Origin: Rhabdothermincola salaria
Lineage (GTDB): Bacteria > Actinomycetota > Acidimicrobiia > Acidimicrobiales > Acidimicrobilacustridaceae
Reading direction: 5' to 3'
Assembly: GCF_021246445.1 (NCBI RefSeq)
Contig: NZ_JAJQXW010000001.1
Span: forward strand, 310,001 to 374,000
Length of the DNA: 64,000 bases
The notes under the pieces were generated by a model, which made no database searches, had not been told where the DNA came from, and saw only the letters and a program-made list of their open reading frames with translations. The translations under genes and the position numbers were made by a program. This document shows positions 28,096 through 39,508 of the stretch, in pieces. Each line of letters opens with the position of its first letter. Position 1 is the first letter of the stretch.

Positions 28096-28883
28096 AGACC
28101 TACCTCGACGGCATCCTCGCCGCCCACCGGGCGGCGGCCGGCGACGACGAGCGTCGTCTCGACGACCTGATCGAGCGCGCCTCGGGGCGGGAAGCGGTGC
28201 GTGGTCTGCGTCGGTCGCTGGTGTCGGTGGCCGAAGGCGGCGACGTGGCCGTCATCGCCGAGGTGAAGCGGCGGTCGCCGTCGAAGGGGCCGCTCGCGCC
28301 CGATCTCGATCCTGTGGCCCTGGCCCGTGACTACGAGGCCGGCGGGGCGGCGGCCATGTCGGTGCTCACCGACGTGGAGTTCTTCGGTGGTTCGTCCGAC
28401 GACCTCGCCGCCGCCCGCTCCGCCGGCGCGCTGCCGGTGCTGCGCAAGGACTTCACCGTCGACGCCCGCGACGTGGTCGATGCCCGGCTGATGGGCGCCG
28501 ACTGCGTGCTGTTGATCGCCGCCGCCCTCGACCAGCCCGAGCTGGTCGACTTCATGGCCCTGGCGCGCCAGGTGGGGCTCGACGCCCTGGTGGAGATCCA
28601 CGACGAGGGCGAGCTCGAACGGGCCGTCGATGCCGGGGCCGACCTCATCGGGGTCAACCAACGCGATCTGGTCACCTTCGCGGTCGACACCGATCGAGCG
28701 GTGCGCATGGCGCCGCAGATGCCCGCCGGCGTGGTGCGGGTGGCCGAGAGCGGCATCACCGGTCCCGCCGACGCCGCCGTGCTGGCCGAGGCCGGCTACC
28801 ACGCCGTCCTGGTGGGGGAGTCGTTGGTGACGTCGGGCGACCCCCGAGGTGCCACGGCCGCCCTCCGCGTCGCTCGTCGCTGA
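28092..28883 (+). CDS. trpC: Indole-3-glycerol-phosphate synthase (probable CTG start)
   Basis: [43 protein letters not shown]; conserved-looking N-terminus KTYLDGIL begins at CTG 28092. Confidence 0.92.
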   Translation: MKTYLDGILAAHRAAAGDDERRLDDLIERASGREAVRGLRRSLVSVAEGGDVAVIAEVKRRSPSKGPLAPDLDPVALARDYEAGGAAAMSVLTDVEFFGGSSDDLAAARSAGALPVLRKDFTVDARDVVDARLMGADCVLLIAAALDQPELVDFMALARQVGLDALVEIHDEGELERAVDAGADLIGVNQRDLVTFAVDTDRAVRMAPQMPAGVVRVAESGITGPADAAVLAEAGYHAVLVGESLVTSGDPRGATAALRVARR

Positions 28884-28969
28884 CCCGACCGGCGGGGGTC
28901 GAAGGGCTCTGGGTCCGCCCTCGGGTGCGGTTCTACACTCCGCGGGTCCGGCCACTCAGGGGAGTTCCG

Positions 28970-30223
28970 ATGCCTCGTTTCAACCTGCCCGAGTCCCAGC
29001 TGCCCACGGCGTGGTTCAACTTGCTGCCTCGCCTGCCCGAGCCGCTCGAGCCGCCCTTGCACCCGGCGACGCGTCAGCCGGTGGGTCCCGACGACCTGGC
29101 CCCGCTGTTCCCCATGGCGCTCATCGAACAGGAGATGTCGGCGCAGCCCTGGATCGACATCCCCGGCGAGGTGCTCGACATCCTCAAGCTGTGGCGTCCC
29201 ACGCCGTTGGTGCGGGCCACCCGCCTCGAGGCCGCCCTCGGCACCCCGGCGCGCATCTACTTCAAGGACGAGTCGGTCTCACCGGCCGGGTCGCACAAGC
29301 CCAACAGCGCCGTACCGCAGGCCTGGTACAACAAGGCCGAGGGCATCACCCGGCTGGCCACCGAGACCGGTGCCGGCCAGTGGGGCTCGTCGCTGGCCTT
29401 CGCCACCACCCAGTTCGGCATCGAGTGCAAGGTGTACATGGTCCGGGCCTCGTACAACCAGAAGCCGTACCGCAAGTCGATGATGGAGGTCTGGGGGGCC
29501 GAGGTCGTGCCGTCGCCGGTCGACGAGCCCGACAGCCCTGGTTCGCTGGGGGCGGCCATCTCCGACGCCGTGCGCGACACGGTGAGCCGGGAGGACACGC
29601 ACTACGCGCTCGGCTCGGTGCTCAACCACGTGTGCCTGCACCAGACGGTCATCGGCCTGGAGGCCAAGGACCAGCTGGCGGCGGCGGGCGAGGAGCGCCC
29701 CGACGTCATCCTGGCGTCCTGCGGCGGCGGCTCGAACTTCGCCGGCATCGCCTTCCCCTTCGTGGAGGAAGACGGCGTGCGCCTCGTGGCCGTCGAACCG
29801 GCCTCGTGCCCCACCCTCACCGAGGGCAGCTTCGACTACGACTTCGGCGACGTGGCCGGCATGACCCCGCTGATGCGCATGTACACGCTGGGCCACGACT
29901 TCATGCCGCCGTCCATCCACGCCGGCGGGCTGCGCTACCACGGCGACTCACCGATCGTCTCGCGCCTGGTGCGAGACGGCCGGGTGGAGGCGGTCGCCTA
30001 CCCCCAGGGGAAGGTCTTCGAGGCGGCCATCCAGTTCGCCAACGCCGAAGGCAAGATCCCGGCGCCCGAGACCGCCCACGCCATCCGGGGCGCCATCGAC
30101 GAGGCCCTGGCCGCCAAGGAGACCGGTGAGGAGAAGGTCATCCTGTTCAACTACAGCGGCCACGGCCACCTCGATCTGGCCGCCTACGACGACTACCTCA
30201 ACGGGCGCCTGATCGACGGTTGA
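28970..30223 (+). CDS. TrpB2-type (TrpB-like) PLP enzyme
   Basis: [49 protein letters not shown]. Confidence 0.92.
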   Translation: MPRFNLPESQLPTAWFNLLPRLPEPLEPPLHPATRQPVGPDDLAPLFPMALIEQEMSAQPWIDIPGEVLDILKLWRPTPLVRATRLEAALGTPARIYFKDESVSPAGSHKPNSAVPQAWYNKAEGITRLATETGAGQWGSSLAFATTQFGIECKVYMVRASYNQKPYRKSMMEVWGAEVVPSPVDEPDSPGSLGAAISDAVRDTVSREDTHYALGSVLNHVCLHQTVIGLEAKDQLAAAGEERPDVILASCGGGSNFAGIAFPFVEEDGVRLVAVEPASCPTLTEGSFDYDFGDVAGMTPLMRMYTLGHDFMPPSIHAGGLRYHGDSPIVSRLVRDGRVEAVAYPQGKVFEAAIQFANAEGKIPAPETAHAIRGAIDEALAAKETGEEKVILFNYSGHGHLDLAAYDDYLNGRLIDG

Positions 30224-30338
30224 CCCCCGCTCCGGGTCGGAGCGGCCGCTCGGGACCGCACCCGGCCCGCCGTCCGCCACGGACCGTTCGGAATCCACCC
30301 GCCCCACCACGGGAGCGCAGGGGTACCGTTTCGCCCAC

Positions 30339-31004
30339 ATGTTCGTGAAGATCTGTGGGATCACCAACGAGGCCGACGCCCTGATGGCGGTGGCCATGGG
30401 CGCCGATGCGCTCGGGTTCGTCTTCGCGCCCTCCTCTCGTCGGGTGGGGCCCGACGACGTGCGCGACATCGTCCGCCACGTGCCCGACGAGGTCCTCACC
30501 GTCGGGGTCTTCCGCGACGAGTCGGCCCAGCGCATCGTCGAGCTCGTCACCTCCACCGGCCTCGGCGGCGTGCAGCTGCACGGCCGCGAGTCCCCGGGCG
30601 AGGCGACCTGGATCAAGGCCCGGGTGCCGTTCGTGGTGCAGGCCTTCGCCGCCGGCGACCCCCGTCTCGAACGGGTCGACGACTACGACGTCGACGCCGT
30701 CCTCCTCGACGCCGCCGTGCCGGGGTCGGGCACCACGTTCGACTGGTCGCTGGTGGGCGACCTGCCCCGTCGCCGCCGGGTGCTGCTGGCCGGTGGGCTC
30801 GACCCGGAGAACGTCGCCGAGGCCATCCGCGCCGTGGATCCCTGGGGGGTCGACGTGTCCAGCGGGGTGGAGCGTGGTCCCGGGCTCAAGGACGTGCGTC
30901 GGGTGCGGCGCTTCATCGCCGAGGCCCGCGCCGCCGGCGACGGGCCCGGTACCGAGCCATCCGTCGACCCACCGGGGATCTTCGACGAGGCGTCTCCCAC
31001 CTGA
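30339..31004 (+). CDS. trpF: Phosphoribosylanthranilate isomerase
   Basis: VKICGIT, GADALGFVF, VQLHG, GSGTTFDW, LAGGL, GVDVSSGVE. Confidence 0.95.
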   Translation: MFVKICGITNEADALMAVAMGADALGFVFAPSSRRVGPDDVRDIVRHVPDEVLTVGVFRDESAQRIVELVTSTGLGGVQLHGRESPGEATWIKARVPFVVQAFAAGDPRLERVDDYDVDAVLLDAAVPGSGTTFDWSLVGDLPRRRRVLLAGGLDPENVAEAIRAVDPWGVDVSSGVERGPGLKDVRRVRRFIAEARAAGDGPGTEPSVDPPGIFDEASPT

Positions 31005-31115
31005 CCGTCGGCCGAGTGCCTTTCCGGGTTCTCGCCCGCACCCGGTGGGACCTAACCTCGCCCGATCGGCTCCGTCGCCGGCATCGTCTTCCCCCACCCG
31101 AGGTGCAGATCCCCC

Positions 31116-32273
31116 ATGGCCCTATCCGAGCCCTCCGCCAGCGGTCGATTCGGCGAGTTCGGTGGGCGCTTCGTCCCCGAGACCCTCGTGCCCGCGTGCG
31201 AGGAGCTGGAGCGGTCCTTCCGGTCGGCGTGGGGTGATGCGGAGTTCCGCGGCGACCTCGACCAGCTGCTGTCGGAGTACGCCGGTCGTCCGTCGCCGCT
31301 CACCGAGTGCCACCGCCTCTCCGAGGAGCTCGGCGTGCGGGTCCTGCTCAAGCGCGAGGACCTGAACCACACCGGCAGCCACAAGATCAACAACGTCCTC
31401 GGTCAGGCGCTCCTGGCCCGGCGCATGGGCAAGCAGCGGCTCGTGGCCGAGACCGGCGCCGGCCAGCACGGCGTGGCCACGGCCACCGCGGCGGCGCTGA
31501 TGGGCATGGAGTGCATGGTGTACATGGGCGAGGTCGACATGGAGCGACAGGCCCTCAACGTCTTCCGGATGCGCCTGCTCGGCGCCGAGGTGGTGCCGGC
31601 CATGTCCGGCAGCCGCACCCTCAAGGACGCGGTGAACGAGGCCATGCGCGACTGGGTGGCCACCGTCGAGCACACCCACTACTGCCTGGGGTCGGTCATG
31701 GGTCCGCACCCCTATCCGTGGATGGTCCGCGAGTTCCACACCGTCATCGGCACCGAGGCCCGCGCCCAGTGCGCCGCGCTGCTCGACGGCGGTGTGCCCG
31801 ACGTGGTCACCGCCTGCGTCGGGGGCGGGTCGAACGCCATCGGCATCTTCTCGGGCTTCGCCGACACCGACGCCGAGCTCGTCGGGGTGGAGCCCGCCGG
31901 TGGCGCGGCGGTCGGTCGGGGTGTGCCGGGCGTCGTGCACGGCATGAAGAGCTACCTCATGCAGGACGAGTTCGGTCAGGTCCAGGAGGCGCACTCCATC
32001 TCGGCCGGCCTCGACTACCCGGGCGTCGGCCCCGAGCACTCCCACCTCTCGGCCATCGGTCGCGCCCGCTACGAGCAGGTCACCGACGCCGAGGTCATCG
32101 ACGCCTTCCAGCTGCTCAGCCGCACGGAGGGCATCATCCCCGCCCTCGAGCCGGCGCACGCCCTGGCCTGGATCAGCCGAGACCGGCACGCCCTGGCCGG
32201 TCGCACCGTGCTGTTGAACCTCTCCGGTCGCGGCGACAAGGACGTCGCCCAGATGATGGAGATCCTCGGGTGA
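31116..32273 (+). CDS. trpB: Tryptophan synthase beta subunit
   Basis: [50 protein letters not shown]. Confidence 0.97.
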   Translation: MALSEPSASGRFGEFGGRFVPETLVPACEELERSFRSAWGDAEFRGDLDQLLSEYAGRPSPLTECHRLSEELGVRVLLKREDLNHTGSHKINNVLGQALLARRMGKQRLVAETGAGQHGVATATAAALMGMECMVYMGEVDMERQALNVFRMRLLGAEVVPAMSGSRTLKDAVNEAMRDWVATVEHTHYCLGSVMGPHPYPWMVREFHTVIGTEARAQCAALLDGGVPDVVTACVGGGSNAIGIFSGFADTDAELVGVEPAGGAAVGRGVPGVVHGMKSYLMQDEFGQVQEAHSISAGLDYPGVGPEHSHLSAIGRARYEQVTDAEVIDAFQLLSRTEGIIPALEPAHALAWISRDRHALAGRTVLLNLSGRGDKDVAQMMEILG

Positions 32274-33145
32274 CGACCACCGACTCGGCCCGACCTGTCC
32301 CCGCGCCCACCGACGGCGCGTCCGAGCCCGGCGCGGTGCCCGCCGCCCCTGGCGAACCCGGTGCCCTCGAAGCGTCGCTGCGAGCGGCCCGCAGCACCGG
32401 CCGCAAGCTGCTCGTCCCCTACGTCACCGGTGGCCTCGGCGACGACTGGCCCGAGGTGGTGCGCGCCGTGGCCGACGCCGGGGCCGACGCCATCGAGATC
32501 GGCATCCCCTTCTCCGACCCGGTGATGGACGGCCCGGTGATCCAGCAGGCCAGCGAGCTGGCCCTGCGCGCCGGAGCCACGCCCGTGACCGTGCTCGACG
32601 CGCTGCGCACCGTCGACGCCGGCGTCCCCCTGGCGGTCATGACCTACTACAACGTGGCCTTCCACATGGGCCACGAGCGCTTCGCGGCCGCCGTGGCGGG
32701 GGCGGGGGTGGCCGCCGCCATCCTGCCCGACCTGCCCCTCGAGGAGGCCGGTCCGTGGGCGGCCGCCGCCGACGCCCACGGGGTGGAGACGGTGATGCTG
32801 GCCGCCCCCACCGCCCCCGACGATCGCCTGCCGCGCATCGTGGCCCGGGCCCGGGGTTTCGTCTACGCCGTGGGCCTGCTCGGCGTCACCGGCGAACGCG
32901 ACACGCTCGCGGCGTCGTCTCTGGCCATCGCGGCGCGGGTCAAGGCGGTCACCGACAAGCCGGTGCTGGTCGGGGTCGGCGTCTCCAACGCCGCCCAGGC
33001 GGTCGAGGTGAGCGAGGTCGCCGACGGCGTCGTCATCGGCTCCGCGCTGATGCGGCGGGTGCTCGAAGGGGAAGGCCCCACCGGTGCCGGGGCCTTCATC
33101 GCCGAGGTGCGTCGGGCCCTCGACGGCGAGAGCCGCGGCGCGTGA
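32270..33145 (+). CDS. trpA: Tryptophan synthase alpha subunit
   Basis: [38 protein letters not shown]. Confidence 0.95.
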   Translation: MTTTDSARPVPAPTDGASEPGAVPAAPGEPGALEASLRAARSTGRKLLVPYVTGGLGDDWPEVVRAVADAGADAIEIGIPFSDPVMDGPVIQQASELALRAGATPVTVLDALRTVDAGVPLAVMTYYNVAFHMGHERFAAAVAGAGVAAAILPDLPLEEAGPWAAAADAHGVETVMLAAPTAPDDRLPRIVARARGFVYAVGLLGVTGERDTLAASSLAIAARVKAVTDKPVLVGVGVSNAAQAVEVSEVADGVVIGSALMRRVLEGEGPTGAGAFIAEVRRALDGESRGA

Positions 33146-34326
33146 ACCCCGCTCCTGCGACCGTGCGTCACGCGGCGCGCCTCGTCGGCGTGGTGCTGGT
33201 GGCCCTGCTCGGGGTCGTCGCCGTCGCCGTCGGTGGCGGCCCGGGGGCCGGTGTGGCCGGGGCCGGGCTCATCGACTCCTCCGACGCCACCGCGCCCACC
33301 TCCACCGACGCCTACGAGGTCCAGACCGACGTCACCTACGACTCGACCGGCCTGAAGCTCGACGCCTACCTGCCCCGCGACGGCCGCACCGACCGGCCGG
33401 CGCTGGTGATGGTGCACGGCGGTGGCTGGGAGGGCGGCGACAAGGACGCCTACGGGGAGCTGGCCGAGAAGGCCGCCACCGATCAGGGCTGGGCCGTGTT
33501 CTCCGTCAACTACCGCCTCGACGACAGCGATCCCACCGCCTGGCCCGACGAGGTCGAGGACGTCAACACCGCCGTGCGCTTCGTCGCCGACAACGCCCAG
33601 CGCTTCGGCATCGACCCCTCTCAGATGATGCTCATGGGTGGGTCGGCGGGGGCCAACCTGTCGGCCCTGGTGGGCTCGCTGGGCCCCGACCGCGTGTTCA
33701 TCACCGGTTCGCCGGACCCCTCCACCATCTCGGTGGCGTCGCCCGCGCGCATCCGCGCCGTGGCCCTCTGGTCGCCTCCCGTCGACCTGGCGCCCCTGGT
33801 GCCGCCCGACGGCGGTGGTGCCCCCGCGGAGTGCGACGGTGATCCGGCCTGCGACTACATCTGGTCGAGCCCGGTCATCGAGAAGTACCTGAACTGCACG
33901 CCGAACCAGTGCCCGGAGACCTACCGCGACGCGTCCCCGACCAACTGGGTCACCTCGGACACACCACCGACCTACGTGGTGAACTCCAAGCAGGAGGTCG
34001 TTCCGCTCGACCAGGTCGAGGCGTACGTGTCGAAGCTGGCCGACGCCGGGGTCACCCACGACTTCCTCGAGCTCGACGGTGACCGCCACTCGATCCAGTA
34101 CAGCGACGACGCCTGGGGTCCGACGGCCGCGTTCCTCACCGCCCAGTTGGGTGCCGGCGGCGACTCGTCGGGTGACGACGCCACCACGACCAGCGCCGGT
34201 GCGGTCGAGAGCGCGTCGGCCCCGGCGGCCGACGACGGTTCCTCGTTCCCGTGGATCGCGGTGGTCGCCGTCGTGGTCGTGCTGGGCGCCGGCACCGCCG
34301 CCATCGTGGCGGTCCGTCGCCGCTGA
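33142..34326 (+). CDS. Exported HSL-family alpha/beta hydrolase (esterase) with C-terminal membrane anchor
   Basis: N-terminal signal-like segment, VHGGGW, GGSAG, C-terminal TM plus RRR. Confidence 0.85.
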   Translation: MNPAPATVRHAARLVGVVLVALLGVVAVAVGGGPGAGVAGAGLIDSSDATAPTSTDAYEVQTDVTYDSTGLKLDAYLPRDGRTDRPALVMVHGGGWEGGDKDAYGELAEKAATDQGWAVFSVNYRLDDSDPTAWPDEVEDVNTAVRFVADNAQRFGIDPSQMMLMGGSAGANLSALVGSLGPDRVFITGSPDPSTISVASPARIRAVALWSPPVDLAPLVPPDGGGAPAECDGDPACDYIWSSPVIEKYLNCTPNQCPETYRDASPTNWVTSDTPPTYVVNSKQEVVPLDQVEAYVSKLADAGVTHDFLELDGDRHSIQYSDDAWGPTAAFLTAQLGAGGDSSGDDATTTSAGAVESASAPAADDGSSFPWIAVVAVVVVLGAGTAAIVAVRRR

Positions 34327-34356
34327 CCTCGCCCGGTCGGCTGGGCGAGGCGAGGG

Positions 34357-35502
34357 TCAGCCCAGCCCGAGGCTGCGGGCGATGATCATCCGCTGGATCT
34401 CGCTGGTGCCCTCGCCGATCTCGAGGATCTTGGCGTCACGGTAGAAGCGGGCCACCGGCGTCTCGTCGATGAACCCGTACCCGCCGAAGACCTGGGTGGC
34501 GATGCGGGTGGCGGTGACGGCGGCCTCGGAGCTCTGCAGCTTGGCGATGGCGGCCTCGCGGGCGAAGGGCCGGCCCTGGTCGCGGCGCCACGCCGCCCGG
34601 TAGGTGAGCAACCGGGCGGTGTCGGCCATCACCGCCAGGTCGGCGATGGGGAAGGCCACCCCCTGGTTGGCCCCGATGGGGCGGCCGAACGCCTGGCGCT
34701 GCTGGGCGTAGGCGGTGGCGTGCTCCAGGCAGGCCTGCACCACGCCGGTGGCCAGCGCGGCGATCGCCACACGGCCCTCGTCGAGGATCTCGAGGAACTG
34801 GCGGAACCCCCGGCCCCGTTCCCCGAGGAGGTTCTCGGCCGGCACCCGGCAGTCGGCGAACGCCAGCCCGTGGGTGTCCGAGGCGTGCCACCCCATCTTG
34901 CGGTACGCCGGTTGCACCTCGAAGCCCGGGGTGCCCGACGGGACGATGACGGCGCTGATCTCGTCGGCTCCGGTGCGGGCGGTGACGGTGACCAGCGCCG
35001 TCATCTCGCTGCCCGAGTTGGTGATGAAGGCCTTCTCGCCGTTGATCACCCACTCGCCGGTGGTGTCGTCGAGGCGGGCTGTGGTGCGGGTGCGCCCGGC
35101 GTCGGAGCCGGCGTCGGGCTCGGTGAGCCCGAACCCCCCGAGGGTGCGCCCGGCGCAGAGGTCCGGGAGCCAGCGCTGCTTCTGGTCCTCGGTGCCGTAG
35201 CGGAAGATGGGGTTGGCGCCCAGGCCCACCCCGGCCTCGAGCGTGATGGCGAGGGACTGGTCGACCCGGGCGATCTCCTCGATGGCCACGCACAAGGTGG
35301 TGAGGTCGCCGCCGCCCCCGCCGTAGGCCTCGGGGAAGGGGATGCCGAACAGGCCCAGGTCGCCCATGGCCCGCACGGTGTCCACGGGGAAGACGTGGTC
35401 GCGATCCCATTCCTCGGCGTGGGGGGCGATCTCGGCCTCGGCGAAGTCCCGCACCACGGAGCGGAACTGCTCGTGGTCCTCGGACAGCTCGAAGCTCGAC
35501 AT
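34357..35502 (-). CDS. Acyl-CoA dehydrogenase
   Basis: FGLTEPDAGSD, NGEKAFITN, QVFGGYG, IGEGTSEIQR. Confidence 0.94.
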   Translation of the reverse strand: MSSFELSEDHEQFRSVVRDFAEAEIAPHAEEWDRDHVFPVDTVRAMGDLGLFGIPFPEAYGGGGGDLTTLCVAIEEIARVDQSLAITLEAGVGLGANPIFRYGTEDQKQRWLPDLCAGRTLGGFGLTEPDAGSDAGRTRTTARLDDTTGEWVINGEKAFITNSGSEMTALVTVTARTGADEISAVIVPSGTPGFEVQPAYRKMGWHASDTHGLAFADCRVPAENLLGERGRGFRQFLEILDEGRVAIAALATGVVQACLEHATAYAQQRQAFGRPIGANQGVAFPIADLAVMADTARLLTYRAAWRRDQGRPFAREAAIAKLQSSEAAVTATRIATQVFGGYGFIDETPVARFYRDAKILEIGEGTSEIQRMIIARSLGLG

Positions 35503-35603
35503 GCGGCGAGGGTAGTGACTGGTGGCACGCGGCGGGGTGGTGGCGTGGGGGCCGGCGCGGCTCGGCGGTAGCGTCGAGCGGTGCGCGACGGGAGGACCAG
35601 CCG

Positions 35604-36017
35604 GTGACCAGCGACGAGCAGCTCCTCTTCGAGAGGGTCGACGGGGAGGCGTTCTTCGTGCGTCTGGTCGATCGCTTCTACGCCGGCGTGGTCGCCGACC
35701 CCGTCCTGGCCCCGCTGTACCCGCCCGACGACATCGAGGGGGCCAAGGCCCGCCTGGCCGGGTTCCTCGTGCAGTTCTGGGGTGGGCCGACCACCTACAG
35801 CGACCAGCGGGGCCATCCCCGGCTGCGCATGCGCCACGCCCCGTTCGTGATCGGCGAGGCCGAACGCGAGGCCTGGTTCCGTCACATGGCCACCGCCGTG
35901 GGTGCCGCGGCCGACGCCGGCGAGCTCTCCGCGGACGACGAGGCCCGTATGCTCTCGTACTTCCATCGTGCCGCCGAGCACATGGTCAACGCCCCCGGCG
36001 CTGGATCGGGGACCTGA
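35604..36017 (+). CDS. Group II truncated hemoglobin (GlbO-like)
   Basis: LVDRFY, FLVQFWGGPTTYSDQRGHPRLRMRHAPF. Confidence 0.92.
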   Translation: MTSDEQLLFERVDGEAFFVRLVDRFYAGVVADPVLAPLYPPDDIEGAKARLAGFLVQFWGGPTTYSDQRGHPRLRMRHAPFVIGEAEREAWFRHMATAVGAAADAGELSADDEARMLSYFHRAAEHMVNAPGAGSGT

Positions 36018-36137
36018 AATCCACCCGCGGTGCGCCCAGAGCCGCCATGCTGTCCCGGAGTGGATGAGCCTCATCCGCCCCGTCACCGCCCGCCAGGGAC
36101 GTCACCCCCGCCCCGTCCGGGCCAACAGGAGGATCCA

Positions 36138-36419
36138 ATGACCAAGTCCGAGCTCATCTCCGAGATCGCCGAGCGCAGCGGGCTCGCCAAGTCCGACGTC
36201 GAGAAGTGCATGAAGGAGTTCGAGGGCGTCGTCCACGAGGTCGTCGCCAAGGGTGAGGAGAAGCTCACCATGCCGGGCTTCCTCTCCTTCGAGCAGACCA
36301 TGCGCTCCGCCCGCACCGGCCGCAACCCCCAGACCGGCGAGACCATCCAGGTCCCGGCCTCCAAGGCCGTCAAGGTCACCGCCGGCTCCAAGCTCAAGGC
36401 CTCCGCCAAGGGCGCCTGA
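36138..36419 (+). CDS. hup: HU-family DNA-binding protein
   Basis: MTKSELI, PGFLSFE, ARTGRNPQTGE; AGGAGG SD upstream. Confidence 0.93.
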   Translation: MTKSELISEIAERSGLAKSDVEKCMKEFEGVVHEVVAKGEEKLTMPGFLSFEQTMRSARTGRNPQTGETIQVPASKAVKVTAGSKLKASAKGA

Positions 36420-36469
36420 GCCTCACCGGCGGCGGGGGCGACTCCGTCGCCCACCCACGAATCGCGGAT

Positions 36470-36502
36470 GTCAGGGGAGCGCCCCACCGGCGCTCCCCTG
36501 AC
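36470..36502 (+). terminator. GC-rich hairpin downstream of HU
   Basis: GTCAGGGGAGCGCC / GGCGCTCCCCTGAC perfect 14-bp stem. Confidence 0.55.
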
Positions 36503-36541
36503 CGCGTCCGGCGTCGCTGCGGGGCGGTAGATTCGGCGGCC

Positions 36542-37002
<461 letters not shown>

Positions 37003-37006
<4 letters not shown>

Positions 37007-37425
37007 GCCCGCTGGCGGCGCCCGACGAGGTGCTCCCGCATCGGCCGCCCTTCCTCTTCCTCGACGAGGTCGTCCGCCTCGAGGTGGGGGCGTCCGCCGA
37101 GGGGCGCTGGCACCTCACCGGCGACGAGGACTTCTTCGGAGGGCACTTCCCGGGCCGCCCCACCCTGCCCGGCGTGTTGATGCTCGAAGCGATCGCCCAG
37201 CTCGGCGCCTACGCGGTGCTGTGCGACGAGGCCTACGCCGGCAAGCTCCCGTTGTTCGGCGGGGTCGACAAGGCGCGCTTCCGACGCCAGGTGGTGCCCG
37301 GCGATACCCTCACCCTCGAGATCGAGCTCGGCCGCATGTCCGCTCGGGCCGGCAAGGGGCACGGGCGGGCCCACGTGGCGGGCGAGACGGCCTGCGAGGC
37401 CGATCTGCTGTTCGTGTTCGCCTGA
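37003..37425 (+). CDS. fabZ: 3-hydroxyacyl-ACP dehydratase
   Basis: [44 protein letters not shown]. Confidence 0.92.
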
Positions 37426-37438
37426 GGGGGAGACCATC

Positions 37439-37921
37439 GTGGCCACAGCCGTTCTGGAGACGATCGTCGGGCCCCTGACCGTGGAAGCCGGGGCCGCGGG
37501 GTTGCGCCGCATCGAGTTCGGTGCCTGGCCGCCGCCGCCCGACGACGAGGTGTCAGCGCGGGCCACCGCGGTGCTCGAGCAGGCCTGCTCCGAGCTCGAC
37601 GAGTACTTCGCCGGGTCGCGCACCAGCTTCGACGTCGCCATCGACTGGGCGCGGGCCACGTCGGGCTTCCGCTCCCGGGTCCTGCACGAGCTGGCCCTGG
37701 TGCCCTTCGGCGAGGTCGTCAGCTACGCGGAGCTCGCCGGCCGCGCCGGCAACCCCAACGCCGCCCGGGCGGTGGGGTCGGCCATGGCCACCAACCCGTG
37801 GCCCATCGTGGTGCCGTGCCACCGGGTGGTGCGCAGCGGCGGTGCGCTCGGTCAGTACGGCGGGGGCCCGGACGTCAAGGCCCGCCTCCTCGCCCTCGAG
37901 GGCCTGACCCTCCCCGCCTGA
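37439..37921 (+). CDS. ogt: Methylated-DNA-protein-cysteine methyltransferase
   Basis: [19 protein letters not shown]. Confidence 0.93.
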   Translation: MATAVLETIVGPLTVEAGAAGLRRIEFGAWPPPPDDEVSARATAVLEQACSELDEYFAGSRTSFDVAIDWARATSGFRSRVLHELALVPFGEVVSYAELAGRAGNPNAARAVGSAMATNPWPIVVPCHRVVRSGGALGQYGGGPDVKARLLALEGLTLPA

Positions 37922-38014
37922 CGGGAGGTTCCGCATCCCCCGCCTCGTCGGGGCGGGGTCCGCGATCGGCGCCCGCGCCCCGACCCGCGGCCGTGGTCGG
38001 TGGGGGAGGGTGCG

Positions 38015-39193
38015 TCAGTCGGTCGGCGGGCCGATGACGATGCAGCCGTTGTGGCCGCCGAAGCCGAAGCTGTTCGACAGCGTGGGGGCCGGCTCCCAGG
38101 GGCGGGCCTCGCCGACGACGAGATCGATGGGGGCCATGTCCGGGTCCGGGGTGGTGTACCCCGCGGTGGGCGGGATGAGGCCCTTGCCCATGGAGAGGAT
38201 GGTGGCGACGGCCTCGAGCGCGCCGGCGGCACCGAGGGAGTGGCCGGTGACGCCCTTGATGGACGTGACCGCGGGGCCGGGAGCACCGAAGACCTTGCCG
38301 ATGGCGTCGGCCTCGGCGGCGTCGTTGAGCGGCGTGGAGGTGCCGTGGGCGTTCACCTGGCCGACCTGGTCGGGGGTGATGCCGGCGTCGGCGAGGGCCA
38401 TCTCCATGCAGGCGATGGCGCCCACCCCGCCGGGCGAGGGCGCGGTGATGTGGTGGGCGTCGGCGTTGGAGGCGGCACCCATGATCTCGCCCAGGATGGT
38501 GGCGCCGCGGCTGCGGGCCGCCTCCCACTCCTCGAGCACCAGCACCCCTGCACCCTCGGCCAGCACGAAGCCGTCGCGGTCCTTGTCGAAGGGGCGCGAC
38601 GTGTAGCTGCCCGACATGGCGGTCATGTTGGTGAAGCCGGCGATGCAGGTCGGGGTCATGGTGGACTCCGACGAGCCGGTGATGACAGCGTCGCAGCGGC
38701 CCGACGTGATGAGCCGGTAGGCGTTGCCGATGGACTGGGTGCCGGCCGCGCAGGCCGTGCAGGTGGTCTCGCACGGGCCCTGCCAGCCGTAGCGCATGGA
38801 GACGGCGGCCGAGGCGGCGTTGGCCATGAGCATGGGCACCATGAACGGGCTGACCCGTCGGGCCCCCTTGTGCTCGTTGACGAGCACCTGCTCCTCGAGG
38901 GTGGTGAGCCCGCCGATGCCGGTGCCGATCCAGCTGCCCTTGCGCATGGGGTCGCCGCCGATGTCACCGGCCTGGGCCAGGGCCTCGGCGGCGGCGGCCA
39001 GGGCGAACTGGGCGAAGCGGTCGGTGCGACGGGCCTCCTTCGGGTTGTCGAAGTAGGGCGCCGGATCGAAGTCCTCGATGCGGCGCAGGCCCTCCGGGGG
39101 CTCGGACAGCAGCCCGTCCCAGAAGGCCTCGACGCCGATGCCACAGGGGCTCACGACGCCGATCCCGGTGACGGCGACCCGTCGCTCCGCCAT
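38015..39193 (-). CDS. fabF: Beta-ketoacyl-ACP synthase II
   Basis: TACAAG, NAHGTST, KGVTGHSLGAAG, NSFGFGGHN. Confidence 0.93.
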   Translation of the reverse strand: MAERRVAVTGIGVVSPCGIGVEAFWDGLLSEPPEGLRRIEDFDPAPYFDNPKEARRTDRFAQFALAAAAEALAQAGDIGGDPMRKGSWIGTGIGGLTTLEEQVLVNEHKGARRVSPFMVPMLMANAASAAVSMRYGWQGPCETTCTACAAGTQSIGNAYRLITSGRCDAVITGSSESTMTPTCIAGFTNMTAMSGSYTSRPFDKDRDGFVLAEGAGVLVLEEWEAARSRGATILGEIMGAASNADAHHITAPSPGGVGAIACMEMALADAGITPDQVGQVNAHGTSTPLNDAAEADAIGKVFGAPGPAVTSIKGVTGHSLGAAGALEAVATILSMGKGLIPPTAGYTTPDPDMAPIDLVVGEARPWEPAPTLSNSFGFGGHNGCIVIGPPTD

Positions 39194-39429
39194 CACTGCT
39201 TGGAGGTGATCAGTTCGAACGCCTGCCCGACGGTGTCGACGCCTTCCAGCTCCGACTCGTCGACGGACACGTCGAACTCCTCTTCGAGGGCCATGACCAG
39301 CTCGACGAGGTCGAGGCTGTCGGCGTCGAGGTCGTCACCGAACTTGGCGTCCATGGTGACCTGCTCGGGCGTCACGCCCAGCAGCTCCACGGCGCACTTC
39401 TTGAACCGCTCGAAGGGATCGTCGCTCAC
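39193..39429 (-). CDS. acpP: Acyl carrier protein
   Basis: DLDADSLDLVELVMALEEEF; AAGGAG SD before GTG 39429. Confidence 0.95.
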   Translation of the reverse strand: MSDDPFERFKKCAVELLGVTPEQVTMDAKFGDDLDADSLDLVELVMALEEEFDVSVDESELEGVDTVGQAFELITSKQ

Positions 39430-39508
39430 TGTTGCTCCTTGGTGGTGAAGAGCCCAACGGTAGTCGGGCGAGGGCTGGGGAAAAGGGTGGTCGGGGGTGG
39501 GCCCGGGG

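Noticed and set aside
31005..31115. Possible trp attenuator or leader peptide before trpB (also checked before trpE and hisD)
   Set aside because: No short Trp- or His-rich ORF with terminator/antiterminator visible
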